In this document: positions 54,013 through 64,000 of the stretch, piece by piece
How the letters are laid out: each line of letters starts with the position of its first letter
Position numbering within the stretch: the first letter of the stretch is position 1
Assembly (NCBI RefSeq): GCF_009914755.1
Contig: NC_060933.1
From: the human T2T-CHM13v2.0 reference genome, Homo sapiens
Strand: one strand, 5' to 3'
Length of the DNA stretch: 64,000 bases
The notes under the pieces: generated by a model
Database searches by the model: none
What the model saw: the letters and a program-made list of their open reading frames with translations, nothing else
What the model was told of the DNA's origin: nothing
Position numbers and translations under genes: made by a program

Positions 54013-55151
54013 GGACAGCTATAACTACATATGAGAGTTGCTTAACATCATGGGGAAAAAAGTGTTTTTATGGTGAATAGATGTGTATTTGATCCCACAC
54101 GAAGAAACTTGACATTTCCATTCTGAAAGCAAATGCATAATTTTGGTTAGATTTCAAAATACTGAAAATTTCTTATGGATTTCCATTTCCACTTTGGAGA
54201 GGCTGAGGTGGAAACCACTGCATTAGTTGTTAACCTTTCTAAAAGTGAGTCTCTTGTGAGGTTATTTTCCGCTGTCTTCCAACTTTGTGGTTTTATGATA
54301 ACACTTAGAGTTGGCCTTTGAAAAATAGCTGGCCCCCTTAGTAGAAGGCTCACAAATGATGTGGCAGACATATATGGCCACCCAGGGGCTAGTCCCCTAC
54401 TTTTCATAAAAACACTCTACACTTTGGTGGAGAATATTTCCCCCAGCATGCATAGTTCAGTGAATTATGGAAAAAAAAAAAACATTCGGGTCTCCCTTCT
54501 GAAGAGGCAGACACTTCAACTATGCTGAGCTAAGTGAACAGTCTCTTTCTGGAATCTGCATCTTAACCAAAGTAAAAAAAAAAAAAAAATACCACATTGG
54601 AACTCATTCACCCAAAGAATTACTGCCTGCTATCAAGAACACCATCTGTTTGGGTGCCTATCATTCTTAAGCTTGGCTTTTTCATCCTTTCATTCAGATC
54701 TGGGAGCACTCTCATGAGTGGGGACTCTCATGAAGTCCCCTTTTCTTCAGTTATCTCAAGTTAGCTTCTGTTACCTGAATGAGAAAAAAAAAATCCTAAC
54801 AATACCAACTACACAAATTTATAAGTCTTCAGACAATTAACATCTGTGTATGGCTATCCTCCTGCTTCTTTCAATAATCCCTATCATCCGTATGCCAACT
54901 GAGAGTGAAAATACTCTTTGCCAAGCAAAAGAATTTTCCCGAATGAGGCATTAGGAGAAATGAGGGGGATTTAACTATGCAGGGATACTCTTCCTGCAAC
55001 TGAGAATCAGCTGAACAGTTACAACTGCAATCCTCAGATGTGATTACATAGTCAACTAATCTATGAGAAAAACCTACTTTACTCATATTTGTATGTAAAT
55101 ATACCTTTTATGTATTTGGAGCCATTTGGTCCTTCATAGCATGTTCTGGGT

Positions 55152-55340
55152 CAACAGTTCTCAAAGTGTGGTTCCAGGACCAGCAGCATCAGCATCACTT
55201 CGGAACTTGTTAAAAGAGCAAATGCTTGGGTACCACTCCCAGACCTACTCTATCAGAAACTCTGTGGGCTGGGCCAGCAATCTGTGTTTTAACAAGCCCT
55301 CTAGATGCTTCTGATGCTTACTGAAATTTAAGTATCTTTG
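55152..55340. mobile_element. MER5A hAT element
   Basis: gttctcaaagtgtggttccaggaccagcagcatcagcatcac...aatctgtgttttaacaagccctc. Confidence 0.88.
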
Positions 55341-58321
55341 GGTTAAAGTCTTGGACTGGAATGAGATCCCTCACCTCAGTAGCTTATGACTTTTCTCATG
55401 GCCAGAGAATATAAGAAATTCTTAAAGGCATCCCTTTAGGGGTCTTGTCCTAGTTGGGCCAAAGCCCTCCTCCTCACTCTACTCCTAGCACTTCTTCATC
55501 AGTTGCCTCAAGAAAGAGAGGAATGGTCATTAATGAAAGGCAGAAGGTCTGAAAATAGAGCAGTGCTGTCATTTATGCAAAGCCTGCAACCTCATTTCCA
55601 ACTATTTGATTGTTTTATTTGCCCAGAGGCACTACTTCTCACACTTTTGGCTCCTCTCTTTAGAAGGACCCCCAACTAATCATTTTCATGTGCTTCAATG
55701 CACTGCTCTCCCAAGTATTCTTTTTAAATTGAGTGAAAATTAAAGCTAATGCATACAGTTCCATAGTAACATCTCTTTTAATGAGACCCATCTTCTAATG
55801 GAAAGGACTGCCCTACTAAATTAAAAGTAGGGAAATATATAAAACACATAATCCAGCACATGAAACCAAAAACCTAATTTATTCATTCATTTCACTAGAC
55901 AATGTGATGAAGCATAACAGGAACACGAGAACATGAAGTTGTGTTCCCTGTCTCCTCCTGCCATTTCCCCTTTTCTACTTAGAAAAGGTCAGCGTGAGAA
56001 AAACTTGACCTTAAAATCTACTTCCCAGTAAAACGAAACCAGTGAAAGCAACTATTTTCCCATGTCCTACTAATCTGAAAATCTAATTGTAAATTTTTTT
56101 AAAACCTCTTCATTATATAAAATCTCTTTTTATTTCAAATGTCTTTAACATTAAAAAAAATTATTTTTAGCAAGCCCAGGATGAATTCCAAGTAACCTCA
56201 AAATTGCTATCGTAATAGTACTTTGGTTATAGGTTTAAAAAAAAGGTACATAATCTGCGGTGTTTTATGAGGTTATTCATTTGAATTATGAAATTCTAAT
56301 TGCCTAGGAGTTTGTCCATAAACCACCACTCTCCTCTAGCAGGATGGAAAAGAACACAAAGTATTCCCACCAGGAAGCTTGGAAGCTTGTCAGAACCTAC
56401 AAATGTTTCTCAGACTTCATGGTTTCTTTTAGAGCTTTGAATATTTTGCAAAACCTCTGATCAAAAGGTAACCATGACCTCAGAGGTAGGGGGGTATGTG
56501 TGCGTGCGTGTGTCTGCACGCACGTGCATGTGTGTATTTAGCTTTCTCTTGGCATAGCTATGCATGCTGAAATGCTGGCATTGCAAGAGGCCAGACTATG
56601 TTAACTCCTCCAGTGACTGAGGCGTACTTATTTTATAATGATCACTAACTAAGTGGAGATTATTTGGTATGTGTTTGTGTGTGTGTGTTTATTTGTGTGT
56701 GTGAGTGTATATGTGTATTAGAAGCTTTAACTTTTTATGTGTGTAATTAAATACTCTCATTTTTTCCAGTCACATTATCAAATATTCCTGTATTTATTTC
56801 AGACCTTGGTAATTAATACATTAAGATCACAAATCTTGTTTTAAGATAGAATACTTTTCTATGAAGGATATCAGCTCAATTATTTATTTTGTTTAGCTTT
56901 CTTTCACTTTTTAAAAACAACATCTGTTTTCTTAAGTTTTCATGATCCAGATAAAAAGCTCTTCATTCCACGCATCTCATCATCATGCAATTGACCTACA
57001 TGTACACAGAATCAGAAGATTAATGTTGAACTTATTCCCATAAAACAGCATGAGGTCCAACTACAAGCCACACAAAATAAATGTTAGTTGAGTAACATTA
57101 TCAAAGTAGTAGTGACAGTTTTAAAATGCCTGTACAAAGAAAACTTGTCCACAGCTAAAGTTAAAAAAAAAAAAAAACCTTCAAGAAACAAAACAAACAA
57201 ATAGAAAAAAAGAAAAAAGAAAAAAATAAGAAAGCCACTTGAAATGAAACAATGTTATAAACTTCTTATGTAAACAACCTTATTTTCTGTAGTTTGTAAC
57301 CAGAATCTAGTTCCTGGTGGAATCTTGAAGTACATTGTAAATACTAATTAACAAATCCATACTACACTCCCTGAGTGGTTAAAGAGAAGTGTGTAGGGAT
57401 CCGGGCAGTTCATGAATTTTAAAGATGAGTACTTGGACTGTAGGATCAGTCGTAGCAATGATGTGTTGTAAAGAAAAGTATCTTTATGCAGACCTTTGCA
57501 CAAGTCAGTGGCTGTACTGGACGAATCACCAGCTTCTAGACGTTGAGACCAATCATTCAGCCGCAGTGTTTCTTAATTGACTTTATTTGGTTTTGGTGTT
57601 GAAGTAGTTTTCCTCCAATGAGTAGGTGGCTCAGCGAGAATCTCAAAAGAAAACAGCTTCTAAAAGGGCTTTTGGTACTTAGAGGTTTTGGAAAAATGAC
57701 GAGAAGAAGCATTTTCCTGGAGTAAATATTATTCCTTGGAACAAATCAAGGTATTGAGTCTAACAACAACAAAAAAGTTAACAAAAATTCTGTACAGCAG
57801 CAACTGGGATAACTTCTGAGAAATTACTTTCTAGTGACATTAAAACAGTAAATATTCAATCTGATTTATAGCTGTTTTTTCTTTTGACTGAAAATGTGCA
57901 GTGTATGTGGCTTGAATACATGTTCTTGTCTCAAATATTCTACCACACACATTTCCACCAACTGTGAAGGCAAACACATTTTGACTAATGTTATTGCTTA
58001 TGAAAATTTTCCTTATAACTTGAAATTCTAACTCTGTGTTTTCTTTTGAACATTCACATTTATAAATGGGCAATTGTTAAACCACTAGCTATTTCTCTTA
58101 GAGTTACCATAATAAGGTGATAGAGTAAGTGATCCAACCTTTCAGATACTATGAATTTTCTATTTTCTACTTGGGAATACCACGTAGTAAGAAAAGAATC
58201 GTTAAGAATGAGAAAATTTTAAGAATGATTCTTAGATGCCAAGGTCTCTCCTTGCCATTTCTCCAATAAGGGTGTTTCAAGTTGTCTGAAGTTGTCTTTC
58301 ATATAAAAAAAGCAACTTAGG

Positions 58322-58626
<305 letters not shown>

Positions 58627-59304
58627 TTACGTAAAACTTGTCTGATCTTGTATTTTTAAAACCATTGGCAAAATGCATGCTCATTCAGCTGGGCTCGGCG
58701 ATTCACCCAAATGGAATAAAAATACACCAGCCTATTCTCCTAGTGTTAGAGATGTAATTTGGCTAGAACACATCCTTAGAAGTAAGACATCATTCTCAAA
58801 AATCATTTTTATATAGTATTTAGGAACACTTTCTATGGGACGTAAGGTGTTTTATGAATAAGTCCCACGCCAGATGCGGAAGATGAATCCCAGAGGAGGT
58901 GAGCAAATCTCTGTCTCTGATTCAGGATCAGAGTCCATGTCAAACTGTTCTCTATCCAAGCAGAGCCTCAAAGGGCTTTTCAAATCCCAGTGGCACCTAT
59001 TAGCTGCCAGGAGTCTGTAAGGTGTGTGAATGTAAGTATCTGGCCAACAGTGGTACCTCCTATAGCCTGATGCTGCTAGGTTCCCTGATGGGGGCCTGGG
59101 ATCAGGTTTGAGTGCCCTATAACAATAGCATTTAATGAGCCATTCACCCAAATAATACCAACTGTTATAAGGGAAAGAAGCATGGGAGGGATAGGCTGTG
59201 TGAGACAACCTCAAGTTTCAATTCTGACTGTGCTATGTATTGATTGCATGACCCTAGAGTACTGCTAAATTTTTCTAAGTATCGCACATTTTGAGTAAAA
59301 TGAT

Positions 59305-60187
59305 TGTGCTGGTCAGTCTGCTATGTCTCTCAGATCCTAATTCACTTCACTACATTCTGCTTTGTGTGACTGAAGCTGGGACTCTACCAACTACGTTTCT
59401 TTGGTGCTAGCTGGCTTCTTGTTAAGTTATTCGGAAGAAGGGAATGGGGAGACCTTCCTTCTTCTCTTTTTCTTTCAGTTCTCAGTGACTCATCTGCCAT
59501 GAGTCTTCCCCAGCAGGGGAACTGTTGGCCCCAGTTTTTTTTTGTTGTTGTTGTTTGTTTGTTTGTTTTCGAGACATAGTCTCCCTCTGTTGCCCAGGCT
59601 GGAGTGCAGTTGAGAGATCTCAGCTCACTTCTACCTCTGCCTCCCGGGTTCTGGTTCAAGCAATTCTCCTGCCTCAGCCTCCCACGTAGCTGGGATTACA
59701 GGCAATGCACCACCATGCCCACCCAATTTTTGTATTTTTAGTAGAGACAAGGTTGCACCATGTTGGCCAGGCTGGTCTTGAACTCCTGACCTTGTGATCC
59801 ACCCGCCTCAGCCTCTCTAAGTACTGGGATCACAAGGGTGAGACCCTGCACCCAGCAGCCCCAGTTTTTACTGTCCTATTGGCATTCACAAAATGAGGTT
59901 CACAGTCCCATAGAGGTATCAGCAGCAGACAGGCAATGACTCCTCCTCAGAAGCCTAAGTTCCAACTTCTTGGCACCCATTCATTGACCTTCTACATTCT
60001 GATATTTTTAATTACTTTCCTTTGTTGCTCTCGTATTAGCGGTCATAGTGACTTTCTTGTTACTTCCATCTTCCTTTTTCCTCATTCAGCAAACCAACAC
60101 CTGTGTACCAACAACCTATACTAAATTCTCTCCATTGGATTACCCAGTGTGGTTTCCATTTCCCTTACTGGTTCCTGACAGATACAG
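59305..60187 (+). mobile_element. ERVL LTR (LTR33/40/41-like) split by an Alu and flanked by MIR pieces (about 59215-59300 and 60200-60270)
   Basis: tgtgctgg start, gctagctggcttcttgttaagtt, end gtggtttccatttcccttactggttcctgacagataca. Confidence 0.55.
59540..59857 (-). mobile_element. AluSg-like with TSD
   Basis: gaactcctgaccttgtgatcc; TSD gccccagttttt at 59528-59539 and 59858-59869. Confidence 0.93.
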
Positions 60188-60287
60188 AGTAAGATAGAAC
60201 TACTTACTTAATCTTTTATGTGGATTAAATGAGATACTATATGTCAAATGCCTGTTACAGGGCTTGACATATAAAATAAATTATATA

Positions 60288-60937
60288 TCTCATCCTCTTG
60301 TAGCATTATCTCATATTATTCAAAAGTTACCATCATGCCCATATCATTATTCATGCCATATCCATTTTTATTTTACACTTAAACCTATCAAAACTCCTCT
60401 CTCCATTTGTAAAAGCTAATCTCATTGGCACAATTCCCCTCTGCCAATATAATAAGTTTCTGCAAGTTGTGGCCTTAGATAGAAAATATTTGAATTGACA
60501 GAAGAACCCTGGCTTTCTAACTCTCAGCTAGTTTCAATAAGGTATGGAATCATAGAAGAAATTTTTAACCACAAGCTCCCTGATGCACTCTTTAAAGATT
60601 ATCATTATTTTAGTGTTTGTGAAATTGCACTGCCTGAGTTATCTTTGCATATTGGAATAAAAAGCCTTGTTGCTTAGTCTCAGTAGCCACATGACAGGAC
60701 CATGATGTGTCATCAAAAGATCATCCAATTCTTCTCCTTAATCATCTACTTTCAATAAGAATTAGTAAGCAATTTTTATCCATAGTGAGCCCTTACTCCC
60801 TTTAATATCAAAGAGAATATCGTTTATTTTCTCATCCCCTTCTAATATTATCTGATATTATTCAAAATTATAATCATGCCCATATCATTATTCATGCAAT
60901 ATGCATTTTTATTTCACACCTAAATCTACCAAAACTC
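60288..60937 (+). repeat. Pair of about 109-bp diverged direct repeats (60288-60396 and 60830-60937)
   Basis: Manual alignment gives about 95/109 identity; shared core atcatgcccatatcattattcatgc. Confidence 0.92.
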
Positions 60938-62865
60938 AGTTGAGAAAACTTTCTCCAAGTTTACGAGAATATCTCTCATGAATTCCTATTCATGTGAGAT
61001 ACCTATTATAGCTTCTTACAATATAGTAATTAATTTTTCTCAAACTAGAAATTTTGTCAGCTCATATAAGTTAAAATATCCCAAATGTATTGCACAGAAG
61101 ATGTTTTTTATCATGACTCGTGACTGCCTAGAGATCCTGACACAAACATTTGCTGTCTGATTTGCCAACCTTTACTATTTTTATAATGGGCTACATCATC
61201 TGAGACTTCCATTTTTTTCTGAAGGCAAGACCAAAATATCAAAATAAGTACATTCGTAGTATATTTCTTGAAATTTATCAATGTAGATGGTTATAATAAA
61301 AGTTTTAAGATCTTTTCTAATTACAGACTCAGTAGAGAGAACTAACCTTTGAAATAATGCTAGGGACAATACACCATACTTTTTCTTTCTTCACCCTATA
61401 GCCAACTGCCCCTCCACAGATGTATTAAGACATGTGTAAAGAAGTAAGCACAATCCTAATGAAACAACTAGATTTTTAAGTAGAAAAATAGAAATGCTTG
61501 ATCTTGCATTGTTTTATTCATGAAATAAATAGTATGTGCTAGTTGAAAAATTCCCCATACTCTGGCACAGAAATTAAATTTGTGAAATGAGGAGTCAATC
61601 TCTTTGCTTTTCAATTCTCAGTCATTATGATGATAAACTCAGTGGATGACCTAAGTTATTGCCTTAGAACAACTAGTGAATCCAGAAATGGCTACTCACT
61701 TTGAAATATGTGCAAATAACAATAACTACAGAGTAGGAATCACCTGATCCTGAAATGAGCAAACTCTGCATGAAGAAAAAAATCTTAATCATCTCATGAC
61801 TGATCCCTTGAGTTAATCAATTATTTAACAACATTATCTTTCCTATGCCAATGACCCCCTCTCTGTGTCTGAACAACTTGAAGGCATAAGAAGGATGAAG
61901 AAATCAATGAAAACATAAAGTATAAAGTCTAGATTCAGTTTGACTTTTAGGACACCTGGAAAGTCATGAATGTGATAAAGATTTATAACTTCCTCATTGT
62001 CTACCCCTATAGTATGCATGCATCATCCTTTACTCCTAATCCATAGGTGGGTAATAAAATTAGAGAGTTATGATGATAGGGACTTAAAAGCCAAGTGTTT
62101 CTTACAAGGCAGGGGATAAAATGAGATTGAAACTATGATAATGCTCTCTATTCATTTGAAAAGATACATTTTTCATCTTCTCACAATGTGCCTATAACTA
62201 GAGTACTATGCTTAGAATAAAATTTCCTAGCAATTCTTTACTTCTTTTCCCCAAAATAAGAAAACAATGCTTTCAAAGAAAAATCCTATCCTCTCGTAAT
62301 AATCTTGAGTCCAGTAAATAAAAACTTGTATGTGCAAACAAACCAATGAACCAGAAAAGGGTACTTGTATTTTCATTCTCAAAAATATCTTCAAGTGTGC
62401 TTCCGAAATCAACAAAATTTGAAGGGACAGGTGAAGAACAAGCTTTGTTGGCTGAGACTTAAAAAAGTGTGCACTAATGGTTTATAGTAAAAAAAAAGTA
62501 TCGATCAACTTTGACTTATTTAAAAACTGGAAAACATAAGTTTGTAAGATTGTATGTGAAGATTTGGTAACATGAATGTCTTGTGAGCAGTAAATCACAT
62601 TTGTAGGAAAGAAATGAGTTGAAATTTCAAAATATTTGCATGCTGTTAGAAATTCATAACTTTCTAAATTTAAGTTAGTTTTAAAACTTGGCTTGTGTGA
62701 GTCTTCTAATTCTTTGAAAACTAAAAAAGAATGTAAAGCAAGTAAATTTCAGAGGTTTATTTTCCCTTGGAACAAATTAATGGTTCTATAAATTGCTTTC
62801 AACTGATTTTACCACTCCTAATACTTAAACTAAATACTAATCGTTCTGATATATTCTTGTTCATG

Positions 62866-63345
62866 TGTATTAGTTTTTTATTGCTGATGTAACACATCAC
62901 CACAAACCTAGTAGATGCAAATAATGTAAATTTTTAATCTTTTGGTTCTGGAGGTCATAAGTCTAAATGGTTCTATGAGACTAAAATCAAAGTGTCAGCA
63001 GGGCTGGGCTTCCTCTGGAAGCTCTAGAGAATTATCTGTTTTCATGCCTTTTCCAGCTTGTAGGAACTGATTACCTTCCTTAGCTCATGGCCCCCACTTC
63101 CTACAGCTTCAAATGAGACAACACCAGGTTGAGTCCTGCTTAGATCACATCTATCAATTTAAACCTCCTCCTAGTCATATTTCCTTCTGACTCTTTTATG
63201 CATCCTTCCTTCTCTTCAAAGGACCTTTGTGATTATAATGGGCCCTTCTGAAGAATCCAGGGTAGTCTCATCTCAAGGTGCTTAAGATAATCACATCTAC
63301 ACGATCTCCTTTTCCATGTCAGGTAACGTATTCCTAGGTTTCAGG
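62866..63345 (-). mobile_element. MLT1C/D-like LTR
   Basis: tgtattagttttttattgctgatgtaacacatcaccacaaac...ctaaaatcaaagtgtcagcagggctg...aggacctttgtgattata. Confidence 0.8.
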
Positions 63346-63494
63346 GGCTATACTTTGCTGTCCACTTTTGGAGAAATCCTTGGAAGATACTCATTTAATT
63401 TAGCATATGATGTAGAGGCACACAATACTCCTCATAATCAAAAGACTTTAGCATGTAATTATATCCCAAACATTTTTAAAACTACGTTTATGGT

Positions 63495-63745
63495 GTTTTA
63501 CTTGGTAAAAGAGATTTTTGCGTATGTGATTGAGTTGGGAAGATCACCTAGGTGGGTAATTGCAAGAATATTTGTGAGAGAAAGAGGTAGGTATGAAATA
63601 GAGTCAGAGAAGGAGATGTGATGACAGAAGCAGAAGTCAGAGTGATGTGATTTCTGGCTTGGAAGCTGGAAGGAGGCTGTGAGCCATGGAATATGGGCAG
63701 GCTTTAGCAGATGGAAAGGCATGGAACTTGACTCTCCCCTAGAGA
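63495..63745 (+). mobile_element. MLT1C/D-like LTR fragment
   Basis: gagatttttgcgtatgtgatt...gagatgtgatgacagaagcagaagtcagagtgatg...actctcccctagag. Confidence 0.8.
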
Positions 63746-64000
63746 TAATTATTTAACTCTGCTACTGAGTCTAAAAAAGGTCTTAGCTCCATGTCTTATC
63801 TATCATCCCTGTGAGTATCAGGAGAATAGATCCTCCATACTCTCATACACAGGTTTTGTTTTCTCTTTCCCGTTAAGCAGCTTTCCTGTTGCTTACTTAA
63901 GTGGTTTTTTTCCAGATAAAGGAGGAATTATTATGTGTTATTTTGTAGATATATACCCTAAATATACATATGTGTGTACAAATACTGTGTAATTACATAC

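Noticed and set aside
57380-57720. Mild CpG enrichment; possible snoRNA or promoter
   Set aside because: No proper C/D or H/ACA box arrangement and far below CpG-island density.

Overview
AT-rich, CpG-poor primate (human-like) intergenic or intronic DNA, made up largely of interspersed repeats: L1s of many ages, ten Alus, L2/MIR/L3, ERVL and MaLR LTRs, and hAT MERs. I see no supportable host protein-coding gene, RNA gene, CpG island or CRISPR array, and I cannot name the locus. All convincing long ORFs are broken L1 ORF1/ORF2 pieces; the others are Alu, LTR, microsatellite or chance frames. I found no evidence of a new biological system. The best observations are mechanistic. (1) A 5.7-kb L1PA4/5-like element with a twin-priming 5' inversion whose junction truncates ORF0 and points the antisense promoter at the L1 poly(A). 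(2) A second inverted L1PB1-like insertion with a probable 3' transduction. (3) A series of locally templated duplications and fold-back palindromes, including two 55-bp copies that are each 54/55 identical and a 54-nt near-perfect hairpin. (4) Repeat-poor blocks that may be enhancers, plus a few isolated exon candidates. Repeat subfamily calls come from remembered consensus features, not a database search, and boundaries of old repeats are approximate.
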